64,000 nucleotides of DNA, from positions 342,969-406,968 of the forward strand of contig JBMNIW010000003.1 in the NCBI GenBank assembly GCA_050951325.1, given 5' to 3'. The stretch comes from Clostridia bacterium. GTDB lineage: Bacteria; Bacillota; Clostridia; UBA1212; DUPL01. How positions within the stretch are numbered: position 1 is the stretch's first letter; each line of letters starts with the position of its first letter. The translations under genes were made by a program, and so were the position numbers. Below the pieces are notes generated by a model that worked only from the letters and a program-made list of their open reading frames with translations, made no database searches and was not told where the DNA came from. Shown here in pieces: positions 19,623-29,794 of this stretch.

Positions 19623-20849
19623 TTAACTTTTATTCAAAATTGTTCTTCTTACCATATCCAGCGCAGTAACAGCACTCATAGTTCTTATTCTTTCCCGGTT
19701 GCCCGAAAAGCGGAACTCGGACACCTCAGTAGCACCACCATATGAAACCCCTATATACACAAGTCCCACAGACTCGCCATCGGGTCCTGCATACCCTGTA
19801 ATGGATACTCCCACATCACATCCTGTTTTCCTGCATGCTCCATCTGCCATTTCCCTGGCAGTCTGACTGCTTACCGCACTGTAAGTTTCTATGGTACTCC
19901 TTTCAACTCCCAGTGCACGGATCTTAGATTCTTCACTGTAAGTAACAAATCCGCTGTGAAAAACGTGCGAACTTCCAGGTATGGATGTCAGCAACTGTGC
20001 CAGCACGCCTCCTGAACAGGATTCTGCGGTAGCAATTTTCAAATTTCTTTCCTTGAGAAGCTTGAAGACAACATACTCCAATTCATCATTTTCCGTTGTA
20101 TAAACATTGTCACCCAATATTTCACATATCTTATTCACCATATCATTTACCAAAACCTCTGGATTGCTGCCTCCTTCATTACTGGCAGTAACCCTGATGG
20201 TAACTATGCCGTCCTTTGCATAAGTAGCTATGGTGGGATTCGTTTGGGACGACACAATATCGTATATTTCCTGCTCTACCATGGATTCGCCCATGCCTAC
20301 TATTCTTATATATTTCGAAAAAAGCCTTCCCAATTGTTTTTCTTTGAAGTATTTCATTACCTTGTCAAACATGGGTATTAGTTCCTTGGGAGGGCCAGGC
20401 AGCATTACAATCACCTTGTCGTCCTTTTCCACAATGCATCCCGGTGCGGTTCCCATGTCGTTTTCAACAATTATGCTGCCTTCAGGAAAATACGCCTGTC
20501 TCAGGTTGCTTTCAACAAGAACCCTCCCCCTGTCTTCAAAGTATTTCCTTATTCTTTCGCTGCTTCTATCATCAAGAACTAATTTCAGACCTAAAAAATC
20601 CGCCACAATCTCTTTTGTAAGGTCGTCTTGTGTTGGGCCAAGTCCGCCCGTGGTTATTACAACATCGCATCTTTCAAAACCAATTTTCAAAGCTTCCTTA
20701 ATTCTTCCAGGATTATCACCAATTACACTGTGATAAAACACTCCCACACCGCATTCAGGAAGCCTACTTGAAATATATTGGGCGTCTGTGTTTACAATCT
20801 GACCCATTAAAAGCTCCGTGCCTATAGATATAACTTCACACTTAAGCAT
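19623..20849 (-). CDS. cinA: Competence/damage-inducible protein (NMN deamidase fusion)
   Basis: IGTELLMGQIVNTD, TTGGLGPTQDD, LPGPP, TAESCSGG, TGYAGP. Confidence 0.95.
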   Translation of the reverse strand: MLKCEVISIGTELLMGQIVNTDAQYISSRLPECGVGVFYHSVIGDNPGRIKEALKIGFERCDVVITTGGLGPTQDDLTKEIVADFLGLKLVLDDRSSERIRKYFEDRGRVLVESNLRQAYFPEGSIIVENDMGTAPGCIVEKDDKVIVMLPGPPKELIPMFDKVMKYFKEKQLGRLFSKYIRIVGMGESMVEQEIYDIVSSQTNPTIATYAKDGIVTIRVTASNEGGSNPEVLVNDMVNKICEILGDNVYTTENDELEYVVFKLLKERNLKIATAESCSGGVLAQLLTSIPGSSHVFHSGFVTYSEESKIRALGVERSTIETYSAVSSQTAREMADGACRKTGCDVGVSITGYAGPDGESVGLVYIGVSYGGATEVSEFRFSGNRERIRTMSAVTALDMVRRTILNKS

Positions 20850-20874
20850 ATACGTCTCCTTGACCTTTTTGTAT

Positions 20875-20903
20875 AGAATAGCACTTTTTTCTTACTTTTT
20901 CAA
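20875..20903 (-). promoter_or_regulatory. sigma-A promoter for cinA
   Basis: TTGAAA-N17-TATTCT with TG extension. Confidence 0.5.
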
Positions 20904-20905
20904 TC

Positions 20906-20937
20906 AAAAAAAGAGCTGCCGCATTATTGCGACAGCC
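20906..20937 (-). terminator. Intrinsic terminator after spoIVB
   Basis: GCTGTCGCA-ATAA-TGCGGCAGC followed by TCTTTTTTT on the minus strand. Confidence 0.75.
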
Positions 20938-20946
20938 ACAATATCA

Positions 20947-22170
20947 TTATGATGCCAAGTCAAGACAGGACCCTTTCTCTTTGTATACGAGGTCGTAGTT
21001 TGCAAGCATCCCCTCTATGAATATTCCATATCCCGTGCTTGGATCGTTGACCATGACATGAGTCACTGCGCCTACAAGTTTTCCGTTTTGGATTATCGGG
21101 CTTCCGCTCATGCCCTGAACAATACCTCCTGTAGCATCCAAAAGTTCTTTATCCGTAATCTTTAGAACAATACCTTTTGGACTCTTTACCTTCGTCTTGT
21201 TTACCTTCGTTATCTCTATCTCATACTCTTTCGGCTTTCCGTCACCTATGGTCGACAGAATTACAGCCTTGCCTTCCCTGACCTGGTTGTAGGATCCGAT
21301 ATACATTTCCCTGCCTGCAATATCTGCAAAGCCTTCCTTTGACATGATGCCAAAAATACCTGTTTCGCTGTTTACAAAGACATTGCCAATTACTCTTTCA
21401 GTGTCAGTGAAGCATCCCTTGAGTTCTCCTGGACATCCGGGTATCCCTTTAGTTATGTCGAGTATGGTGGCCTTGTACATCTCTCCCTCTGAGACCTCAA
21501 ATATCCTCGCTGTGTTGTTATCGGATATTCCATGTCCAAGAGCTCCAAAGAAGCCTGTCTTCTTGTCATAAAAGGTAAGTGTGCCTATGCCAGCGGCACT
21601 GTCCTTTATCCAAAGTCCCAGACGCATTTTGCCACTTTGACCATCAATGCAGGTCTTGCTGACAATTTTCATTATGGTTCCCATTCTTTCTATAGTAAAG
21701 GTGTGTTCCTCCTTATTGCTCTCCTCAATCAAAGAAATCAACTCATCACAGTCATTGACCTCTTTGCCGTTTATCTCAAGGATTCTGTCACCTATCCTGA
21801 AACCACTGTCTCTTCCCGGAGTTACATAGATGTTTTCCTTCGACAAAAACCCTATATATCCAGTTATCAAAATGCCCCTTGACTTGAGCTTTATGCCAAT
21901 GGGAGTTCCACTGACGTAAACTTTTTTACCGGGCACCACATTTACTTCAAGGTTCTTGATTGGAAGGACTCCGAAAGCTTTTGCTGTTGCACCAACACCG
22001 TCCGCCGATGCATTCACAGATACAAAAGAGCTGTTATCCAAGTCAGAGCCTTCTACAATGGTCAGAGAGTCCGGCAATAAAAAAAAGTTAAAAATTAATA
22101 AAGCTGATATAAAGGGCAAAATCACGCCAAACAATATAACAGCTGTTTTTTTCCATCGAGGCAACCCCAT
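20947..22170 (-). CDS. spoIVB: SpoIVB PDZ serine peptidase (S55)
   Basis: GIGTLTFYD, ALGHGI, TGGIVQGMSGSPIIQNGKLVGAVTHV. Confidence 0.95.
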   Translation of the reverse strand: MGLPRWKKTAVILFGVILPFISALLIFNFFLLPDSLTIVEGSDLDNSSFVSVNASADGVGATAKAFGVLPIKNLEVNVVPGKKVYVSGTPIGIKLKSRGILITGYIGFLSKENIYVTPGRDSGFRIGDRILEINGKEVNDCDELISLIEESNKEEHTFTIERMGTIMKIVSKTCIDGQSGKMRLGLWIKDSAAGIGTLTFYDKKTGFFGALGHGISDNNTARIFEVSEGEMYKATILDITKGIPGCPGELKGCFTDTERVIGNVFVNSETGIFGIMSKEGFADIAGREMYIGSYNQVREGKAVILSTIGDGKPKEYEIEITKVNKTKVKSPKGIVLKITDKELLDATGGIVQGMSGSPIIQNGKLVGAVTHVMVNDPSTGYGIFIEGMLANYDLVYKEKGSCLDLAS

Positions 22171-22226
22171 TAATTAACCTCCCCTGCTTTATTGTGGAAA
22201 ACACATGTATATGTTTCACCATAAGC

Positions 22227-22255
22227 TATTATCTCCGAGGAGGTTTGTTTTAGAC
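22227..22255 (-). promoter_or_regulatory. Putative sigma-F/sigma-G promoter of spoIVB
   Basis: GTCTA-N14-GGAGATAATA, close to the sigma-F consensus. Confidence 0.45.
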
Positions 22256-22284
22256 AATATAAATATTGCTATAGATAAAATTGT

Positions 22285-23976
22285 TTAGATGTATTCCTCT
22301 ATCATTTTTCTGGCATGTGCTTTGGTTATCTCATTCTCCGCATTGCCGTCCAGCAGTCTTCCAACTTCTTCAACCTTTTCATCAAAACTTAAAGTTTTTG
22401 CCTCTGTAATTGTCTTATCCTTCACAGTTGTCTTGCTGATATAAATATTGTTGTCAGCAATGGCTGCAATCTGGGCAAGATGTGTTACACAAATAACCTG
22501 ATGCTTTTTGGAAATAAGTTTCATTTTTTCACCAACTTTTCTTGCAGCCTGACCGCTTATACCAATGTCAATTTCATCAAATATCAAAGTCGGAATATTG
22601 TCCACATCAGCAAGAATGGTCTTTATTGCCAGCATGATTCTGGACAATTCGCCGCCGGATGCTATTCTTGCCAGAGGTTTTGTGGGTTCTCCCAGATTTG
22701 CAGAAACCAGGAACTCCACATAATTGAGTCCGTTTTTCTTAAAATTGGGATATCCCAGTTCATTACTACTCTCATCAAAATCTATTTTAACCTCAAAGGA
22801 TGCATTTTTCATTTCCAAATCATGCAATTGTTCTACAATATTTTTTGCCAAATCAACAGCGGCTTTTTTTCTAAGTTCATCCAACTTTTTGCACAAATCA
22901 AAAAGTTCTTCAGACAACTTGTCCATTTCCTTTGTATACTTTTCAATCATATACTCGCTGTCCAAAAGCTCGTTAAGCTTTTCCTGAGCTTCTTCCTTAT
23001 ACCTTATTATATCCTCAATAGTACCACCATATTTTCTCTTCAGCCTGTTAATAATGTCCAGTCTCTCTTCGATGGAATCCAACTCAGACATGTCAAGATC
23101 CATATTATCCTTTTCATTTCTAACAGCATTCGAAATATCTTCAACCTCATAAAACACTGCCTCAAGTCTGGACATAATTTCCTTGTAAGCATCTCCAAAA
23201 TCCTCAATCCTCGACACTGCCTGCAATGCGTTTTCCAGCTTGTCCAAAACTGAATTCTCCGATTTTAGATCCTGATAAGCATCATTAAGAGACGTTACAA
23301 TCCTTTCCATATTTGATAAAATATTTTTTTTGGTCCTTAACTCCTCATCCTCATTTTCATACAGCTTTGCATTCTCTATCTCATCAATCTGATATTTAAG
23401 CAAATCGATGGTTCTTTCTCTTGCTTTAGGATCTCCCGCCAGATTGCCCAGTGCGTTATGTATTTCATTAAATTTTGAGAGTTTTTCGCCATACTCAATC
23501 AAAACCTTGCTTAGTTTTGCTCCTGCATACATGTCCAGCAATAGTATATGTGAGTTAACCCTCATCAAGGACTGGTTGTCATGCTGCCCATGTATGTCAA
23601 TCAATACCTCTCCTATCTCCCTAAGTATGGACAAGGTTACCGTCCGACCGTTTATCCTGCATATATTTCTTCCGCTACTTGTAATCTCACGGAACAAAAG
23701 AAGCGTATGATCCTCTTCCTCTTCAATACCAAGCTCCTCCAGTTTTTCAGACACAAAGGGCTCATTAACAAAGAATACCGCTTCCACGGACCCACTGTCA
23801 GCACCTGTGCGTATAGTATCTCTTGAAGTCCGTCCTCCAAGCACACAACCAATGGAGTCAATAATTATTGACTTTCCAGCCCCGGTCTCTCCAGTAAGAC
23901 AGTTCATATTTGGTTTGAACTCTATTGAAATGTCATCTATCAAGGCAATATTTTTTATGTTAAGCTGTACTAACAC
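22285..23976 (-). CDS. recN: DNA repair protein RecN
   Basis: TGETGAGKS, IHGQHDNQ, ASGGELSRIMLA, FDEIDIG, VTHLAQIAA. Confidence 0.97.
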   Translation of the reverse strand: MLVQLNIKNIALIDDISIEFKPNMNCLTGETGAGKSIIIDSIGCVLGGRTSRDTIRTGADSGSVEAVFFVNEPFVSEKLEELGIEEEEDHTLLLFREITSSGRNICRINGRTVTLSILREIGEVLIDIHGQHDNQSLMRVNSHILLLDMYAGAKLSKVLIEYGEKLSKFNEIHNALGNLAGDPKARERTIDLLKYQIDEIENAKLYENEDEELRTKKNILSNMERIVTSLNDAYQDLKSENSVLDKLENALQAVSRIEDFGDAYKEIMSRLEAVFYEVEDISNAVRNEKDNMDLDMSELDSIEERLDIINRLKRKYGGTIEDIIRYKEEAQEKLNELLDSEYMIEKYTKEMDKLSEELFDLCKKLDELRKKAAVDLAKNIVEQLHDLEMKNASFEVKIDFDESSNELGYPNFKKNGLNYVEFLVSANLGEPTKPLARIASGGELSRIMLAIKTILADVDNIPTLIFDEIDIGISGQAARKVGEKMKLISKKHQVICVTHLAQIAAIADNNIYISKTTVKDKTITEAKTLSFDEKVEEVGRLLDGNAENEITKAHARKMIEEYI

Positions 23977-23988
23977 ACTATACCCCCT

Positions 23989-24834
23989 TTAGGTTTGAGC
24001 ATTACCGTTTTTCGTCTGTCTTTCTGCATTTTTCCTTCTTAGGACGGAATAAAAGTCGGGCGGATCCATCCTGATTATCTTTATGTGACTGTCTACAAGA
24101 CAACATTTTACAACATCATCTTTTTCCAACCTGTATGAAAGGTGCCCGTCACAAATGGCATAGGCAGATTCATGCTCCCTGTGGAGCTTTACCTCTATAA
24201 CAGAACTCTTGCCAAGTATTATTGATCTGCCTTCCACCATGTGTGCATTCAAGGGTGTAAACACCATTACTTCATTGCCGGGCTCCACTATAGGACCTCC
24301 TGCGGACAAAGAATATGCTGTCGAGCCTGTCTGTGTGGACAGAACAACACCGTCTCCTGGATAGGTGTCCACATAGTGGCTGTTTGCATATACTTCAAGA
24401 TACAAAACCTTGGACAGTATTTCCCGAGCTATAACGCAGTCATTTATGACATGACATGAAAAGACCTCAACGTCATCCCTTGTTACAACTATTTTCATTA
24501 CCTTTCTTTCCTCAACAATATAGTCATTCCTGACTAATCTTCTTGCAGTTTCATCAATATCATGCTTGTCAATTTCAGTAAGAAAACCAAGCGTGCCAAG
24601 GTTTATCCCTATTACCGGGATATCTCTTTTCAAGGCTTGTGAAGCAACTTTCAAAAAGGTACCGTCTCCACCAATGCTTACAAGCACGTCGGCATTGTCA
24701 TACACATATGTATCGTCACCATAGCAAAGAGGGATTGCGCCTTCCCTTTCTATTGCTAGGGCAAGCTGTCTTACCGTATCATCACATTGTTTATTATTCT
24801 TGTTGCAAATTATTCCAATCCTGATGGTATTCAA
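23989..24834 (-). CDS. nadK: NAD(+) kinase
   Basis: IGGDGTFL, GINLGTLGFL, GSTAYSLSAGGP. Confidence 0.95.
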   Translation of the reverse strand: MNTIRIGIICNKNNKQCDDTVRQLALAIEREGAIPLCYGDDTYVYDNADVLVSIGGDGTFLKVASQALKRDIPVIGINLGTLGFLTEIDKHDIDETARRLVRNDYIVEERKVMKIVVTRDDVEVFSCHVINDCVIAREILSKVLYLEVYANSHYVDTYPGDGVVLSTQTGSTAYSLSAGGPIVEPGNEVMVFTPLNAHMVEGRSIILGKSSVIEVKLHREHESAYAICDGHLSYRLEKDDVVKCCLVDSHIKIIRMDPPDFYSVLRRKNAERQTKNGNAQT

Positions 24835-24874
24835 CTCCCTGAATCAAGTTCTGTCAGAAATTATAATTTATCTA

Positions 24875-26761
24875 TTACAACTTTTCAATCATGTCTATTG
24901 CAGCATCGGCAATACTTTGCACATCCATGCCATATCTTTTAAAAAGGGCATCAATGCTTCCATGAGGTATTGGACTTGATGGGAATCCAATAATCCGGCA
25001 TGGTTTCTGTATGCCTTCTTCTGCCATTTGACATACAACGCTGCTGCCAAAACCCGAGACCTTGACTCCGTCCTCAAGGGTCATGTAGCACTTTGCCTTC
25101 GATACAAGATCCTTTATCCCCGATACATCCAATGGATTTGCAAACCTTGCATTGAATACATTCACATTATATCCTTTTTCCTTAAGAAAATGTGATGCCT
25201 TCAATGCAGTTCCAACCATTTTCCCAATTGCAATAAAAACTATATCGTAATTGTCCTTTTCTTCTTCCATTAGGAGACCTTGTCCAATAATACACGGATT
25301 GTCTGCCAAAAACTTTCTGTCGTACTCATACTCATCATAAGCAGGATACCTGATTACAAAAGGACCCTTATCGTATTCCAGAGCCATATCCATAAGTTGT
25401 ATCTGCTCCTCTATGCAGCACGGCGCCGCTATAGTAATATTTGGAATATGAGTCAAATACGCCATATCATATATTCCCTGATGCGTCTCTCCATCCATTC
25501 CGGATATTCCAGCTCTGTCCACAGCTATGACAATGGGTAATGACTGCAGTGCCGCATCATGCAACACCTGATCATATGCTCTTTGCAAAAATGTAGAATA
25601 CATCGCCACAAACGGCTTAACTCCTGTTGTAGCCATTCCGGAAGCCATGGTGATTGCATGCTGCTCTGCAATTCCCACATCATAGAACCTGTCCGGATAT
25701 TTCGCCAGAAAGTCAGACAATCCGGTTCCGTTCTGCATTGCTGCGGTAATTGCTATAACTCTTTCGTCCTTTTCAGCAAGTTCGCACAAATGATTTGAAA
25801 AACTTTTTGAGAAGGATATTCTTTTTTCACTGTAAACTTCTCCCGTTTCCTTGTCAAAAGGTCCCACACCATGGAATTTGTCAGGATTGTCTTCAGCAAT
25901 CTTGTAACCGTATCCTTTTTTGGTAACCACATGCACAATGACAGGACCGTACATAAAGTCAGCTTTCTGCAATGCATCCCTTATCGCTTTAATATTATGT
26001 CCGTCCACCGGCCCAATATATTTGAAACCAAGTTCTTCAAAAATCTCTCCGGGAATAACAAGGATTTTAATGGACAACTTGAATTTCTGGATCAGCTTTA
26101 CAAGCTTTTCGCCTATAAAAGGAATCTTGTACAAGGTGTTCTTCAAACCCTTTTTGATGCGAATATATGAGCGTCCGGTTCTGATTTTTCCCAAATAACG
26201 CGACATGCCGCCTACGTTTCTTGATATGCTCATTCCATTGTCATTGAGAATAATGACAAAATCATTAAAAACCCTGGCAGCGTCATTCAAAGCCTCAAAT
26301 GCCATTCCGCCAGTAAGTGCTCCGTCACCTATGACGGCTATGCATTTTGACTTTCCTTTTTGCAGACCAAGTCCGCGCATTATGCCAAGCGCTGCCGATA
26401 TGGATGTGGAACTGTGTCCAGTATTGAAAGCATCTGCAGGATTTTCCTCTCTTTTGGGAAAACCGCTAATGCCGTCAAGCTGCCGCAAGGTGGCAAGCTC
26501 CTTGTTTCTACCTGTAAGTATCTTGTGAACATAACATTGGTGACCCACATCCCATACGATTCTGTCCTTGTAAGGGTTCCAGACCGTATACATGCCGAGG
26601 GTCAGCTCAACAATACCCAAATTGGATGCAAGATGTCCGCCATTCTTGCTTACCACATCCACCAGCCTCTGTCTTATCTCCTCGGCCAGCTCATCAAGGG
26701 TTTCTATGTCAAGCTTTGGCAAATCTTCAGGTAGATTAAGTTTGTCAAGAAGACTCCCCAT
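24875..26761 (-). CDS. dxs: 1-deoxy-D-xylulose-5-phosphate synthase
   Basis: GGHLASNLG, WDVGHQ, GHSSTS, GDGALTGG, GIAEQHA, DGETHQG. Confidence 0.97.
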   Translation of the reverse strand: MGSLLDKLNLPEDLPKLDIETLDELAEEIRQRLVDVVSKNGGHLASNLGIVELTLGMYTVWNPYKDRIVWDVGHQCYVHKILTGRNKELATLRQLDGISGFPKREENPADAFNTGHSSTSISAALGIMRGLGLQKGKSKCIAVIGDGALTGGMAFEALNDAARVFNDFVIILNDNGMSISRNVGGMSRYLGKIRTGRSYIRIKKGLKNTLYKIPFIGEKLVKLIQKFKLSIKILVIPGEIFEELGFKYIGPVDGHNIKAIRDALQKADFMYGPVIVHVVTKKGYGYKIAEDNPDKFHGVGPFDKETGEVYSEKRISFSKSFSNHLCELAEKDERVIAITAAMQNGTGLSDFLAKYPDRFYDVGIAEQHAITMASGMATTGVKPFVAMYSTFLQRAYDQVLHDAALQSLPIVIAVDRAGISGMDGETHQGIYDMAYLTHIPNITIAAPCCIEEQIQLMDMALEYDKGPFVIRYPAYDEYEYDRKFLADNPCIIGQGLLMEEEKDNYDIVFIAIGKMVGTALKASHFLKEKGYNVNVFNARFANPLDVSGIKDLVSKAKCYMTLEDGVKVSGFGSSVVCQMAEEGIQKPCRIIGFPSSPIPHGSIDALFKRYGMDVQSIADAAIDMIEKL

Positions 26762-26776
26762 TAAATTCCCTTCCTT

Positions 26777-27667
26777 TTAATTTTCTCGCTTCAAAAGATA
26801 AACAGCAAGCTCCTTTAAAAACTTGCCCTTTTCTCCCAGTTTTTCAGCATAACCAATTGCCTTGTGTGTCAGTTCTTCGAGAAGTTCCTCGCAATACTCA
26901 AGTCCGTAAATCGTCACAAACGTGGTCTTGTTCTTCTCCACGTCCCTGCCGGTATTCTTCCCAAGAGTCTTTTCATCTCCTATACTGTCAAGTATATCAT
27001 CTTTTATTTGAAATGCCACTCCTATTGTCTCCACATAGTTTATCAGGATTTCGGCATTTTCATCCTCCATGCAGTTAGCAGCCTCAAGTGCAACCAAAAC
27101 AGGCGCCTTCAAAAGACACCCTGTCTTGCCCTTGTACATGGTTTCCAGGACCTCTTTTGAAACCTCTTTGCCTTCGGACTGGATGTCAATAATCTGTCCT
27201 CCAATCATTCCTTCCGTTCCAGACATGACACTTACCTGATGCAGCATTCTCAACCCCCTTGTTGGATGCTCCATATCTATTGCCTTTTTACTCATTACCT
27301 CAAAAGCCTTGTTTAAAAGAGCATCTCCTGCAAGAATTGCAAGAGCCTCCGAAAACTCTATATGGCAAGTGTTCCTTCCCCTTCTAAGTTCGTCATTGTC
27401 AAGGGCTGGCAGGTCGTCATGTATGAGAGAATACGTATGTATCATCTCAATGGCACATGCAAACGGCATCACAGTGTCCTTGTCTATATCAAGTATTTCT
27501 GCACATGCAAGCAGAATAACAGGCCTTATCCTTTTCCCTCCAGCAAGCAGGCTGTATCTCATCGCCGTGTATATATCTTTTTGCAGGTTGTCTTTTTCAA
27601 CAACCAGCTTGTCCAGATTTTCATTTATCTCATCAACAAATTCATCAAACTTTTTTTCAAATGTCAC
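26777..27667 (-). CDS. ispA: Farnesyl/geranyl diphosphate synthase
   Basis: GGKRIRP, SLIHDDLPALD, FQIKDDILD. Confidence 0.95.
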   Translation of the reverse strand: MTFEKKFDEFVDEINENLDKLVVEKDNLQKDIYTAMRYSLLAGGKRIRPVILLACAEILDIDKDTVMPFACAIEMIHTYSLIHDDLPALDNDELRRGRNTCHIEFSEALAILAGDALLNKAFEVMSKKAIDMEHPTRGLRMLHQVSVMSGTEGMIGGQIIDIQSEGKEVSKEVLETMYKGKTGCLLKAPVLVALEAANCMEDENAEILINYVETIGVAFQIKDDILDSIGDEKTLGKNTGRDVEKNKTTFVTIYGLEYCEELLEELTHKAIGYAEKLGEKGKFLKELAVYLLKREN

Positions 27668-27884
27668 TAAAAACTTCCTCCTCGGTAACTACTCCATTGT
27701 TTTCTGTTATTGCGGTAACTATTTTCTCATAAGAATCCAGTTTGGCTTGACAGTAATTAATTAGTTTCACGCCCTCCTGATATTTTGCAATAGTCTCCTC
27801 AAGAGGTAATTTGCCACTTTCCATCGTTTTTATAATCTCCTCAATTTTGGCAAGAGCCTCTTCAAAACTCATTTCCTCATTCAT
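27657..27884 (-). CDS. xseB: Exonuclease VII small subunit
   Basis: SFEEALAKIEEI..LPLEE..YQEG; position after xseA. Confidence 0.92.
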   Translation of the reverse strand: MNEEMSFEEALAKIEEIIKTMESGKLPLEETIAKYQEGVKLINYCQAKLDSYEKIVTAITENNGVVTEEEVFSDI

Positions 27885-29076
27885 TATTATTCTCCCTCCT
27901 TGCATCAAAGCTTCCGTCCTTTACATGAATCTCAAAAACTTCACCCTCGGAAATATCTGAAACAGAATCAATTACCTTGCCGTCTTTTTTCCTGGCTACA
28001 CTGTATCCTCTTTCCAAAATCTTGTACGGATCCAGTTGATACAGTACATCATTCAAACTGTTGAATCTTTGCTTTTTCATTTCAAAACCATAAGAAAACA
28101 AACTGTTTAGCTTGTCCGCCATAACACCAAGATTCATATTCTCCCTCTGAATTATATCCAATGGCCTTCTGAAGACCGCAGAGTGCTTTACTCTGTCCAA
28201 CTCCTTTCTTTTCAGCAGGATATTCCCCAGCGGAATATCCTGTATCTTGTTAAAGTAGGTCTCCAAAGTATACTTAAGATGCCTAAGCTCCGGCACTGCA
28301 AGTTCTGCGGCAGCAGAAGGCGTAGGGGCTCTCAAGTCCGCTGCAAAATCCGAAAGTGTGAAATCCGTTTCATGTCCAACGGCTGATATTACAGGAATTG
28401 AACATTCACTTATTGCTCGTACTGTCCTTTCTTCATTAAAAGCCCACAGTTCCTCCATGGAACCTCCACCTCTTGCCACAATCAAAACATCGCATATTCC
28501 AAGCCTTTCTGCAAGTTTCAAGGCATTCTCAACTTGATAGGAGGCCATCTCTCCCTGGACCTGTACTGGAAACAGTACAATTTTCATTGTTGGAAATCTT
28601 CTGTAGGTTACATTCATTATGTCTTTAATAACTGAGCCGCTTTTTGATGTAACTACACCTATACATGACGGAAGAAAGGGTATTTTCTTCTTTCTTTCGG
28701 AATCAAACAACCCTTCCTTTTGAAGTTTCTCCTTCAATTGCTCGTATGCGATATGTAAGGCTCCCAAACCAAAGGGTTCCATTGTATCTACATAAAACTG
28801 ATAGCTCCCATCCCTTTCATATACTGAAACGCTGCCGTAAGCCAGCACTTTCATCCCATTCTCGGGCTGGAACTTCAGGCGAAGGTTTCTACTTCTAAAC
28901 ATGACGCAGCGGATGAGGCCTTCAGGGTCTTTAAGGGTAAAATATGAATGGCCGGTTGTATGGAGCTTGTAGTTTGATATTTCTCCAACAATCCAGATAT
29001 TGGTGAGATTTCTGTCATTCTGCAGAAGTGTTTTGATATATGAGTTTATTTGGCTGACTGTAAAATATTTATCCAT
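27877..29076 (-). CDS. xseA: Exonuclease VII large subunit
   Basis: GEISN, GHSYFTLKD, ARGGGSMEEL, VGHETD, APTPSAAAE. Confidence 0.96.
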   Translation of the reverse strand: MDKYFTVSQINSYIKTLLQNDRNLTNIWIVGEISNYKLHTTGHSYFTLKDPEGLIRCVMFRSRNLRLKFQPENGMKVLAYGSVSVYERDGSYQFYVDTMEPFGLGALHIAYEQLKEKLQKEGLFDSERKKKIPFLPSCIGVVTSKSGSVIKDIMNVTYRRFPTMKIVLFPVQVQGEMASYQVENALKLAERLGICDVLIVARGGGSMEELWAFNEERTVRAISECSIPVISAVGHETDFTLSDFAADLRAPTPSAAAELAVPELRHLKYTLETYFNKIQDIPLGNILLKRKELDRVKHSAVFRRPLDIIQRENMNLGVMADKLNSLFSYGFEMKKQRFNSLNDVLYQLDPYKILERGYSVARKKDGKVIDSVSDISEGEVFEIHVKDGSFDARRENNNE

Positions 29077-29536
29077 TTGCACCCTCTATCTCGCTGATAA
29101 TGCTGGCAAGTATGCCGTTTATAAACGAGCCTGCGCCGTCATGACTGTACTTTTTCGCAAGCTCTACAGCCTCGTTTACCGAAACACTGAAGGGTATGTC
29201 CTCTCTGTATAGTATCTCGTAGACAGCCACCCTTAAAATTGCCACATCAATGCGGGCCATTCTTGAAATGGTCCAGCCTTTTGCGTGCTTGTTTATCATG
29301 GTGTCCAATCTATCCAGATTATCAAACACACCATCCAAAACATTTTTCAAATAGGGCATGTCCAGTTCTTTTGTATAATTCAAATCATTCTCTTTCTCAG
29401 TATCGTCATCGTCAAAGTATTGGGCATTATCAATAAATGTGGAGATCATTGCCTCCGTCATTATCTCTTCATCAGGCTGAAAACCTTGTTGAAATATCAT
29501 TTTTACTGCTGCATCTCTTGACTCTCGTCTTCCCAT
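29069..29536 (-). CDS. nusB: Transcription antitermination factor NusB
   Basis: RRESR, ILRVAVYE, VNEAVELAK, FINGIL. Confidence 0.95.
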   Translation of the reverse strand: MGRRESRDAAVKMIFQQGFQPDEEIMTEAMISTFIDNAQYFDDDDTEKENDLNYTKELDMPYLKNVLDGVFDNLDRLDTMINKHAKGWTISRMARIDVAILRVAVYEILYREDIPFSVSVNEAVELAKKYSHDGAGSFINGILASIISEIEGANG

Positions 29537-29557
29537 TAAACAACTTCCTCCATTATA

Positions 29558-29785
29558 TTATCTGTATGATCCGGGTGGTAGTATTTTATCCAACAAATTC
29601 TTTATGAAATCCTTGTCTTTCTGTATCTTCTTTCCAACATAATTTCCAACAAGCATGCAGAATATTAAAAACAGGGTTCTGAATATCCCTAAAAACACAA
29701 AACTAAGTCCTATCAACAGACCTATAATGGTGCCGTTTATGCTGTGGAAATTTCTCCGGTAGAATTTATAAATCCGTTTGAACAT
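29558..29785 (-). CDS. DUF2273 small membrane protein
   Basis: Two TM segments; conserved position asp23-amaP-DUF2273-nusB. Confidence 0.8.
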   Translation of the reverse strand: MFKRIYKFYRRNFHSINGTIIGLLIGLSFVFLGIFRTLFLIFCMLVGNYVGKKIQKDKDFIKNLLDKILPPGSYR

Positions 29786-29794
29786 GACACCCTC

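Noticed and set aside
22197-22218. Palindrome AAACACATGTATATGTTT upstream of spoIVB as a LexA box
   Set aside because: Does not match GAAC-N4-GTTC and lies downstream of recN.
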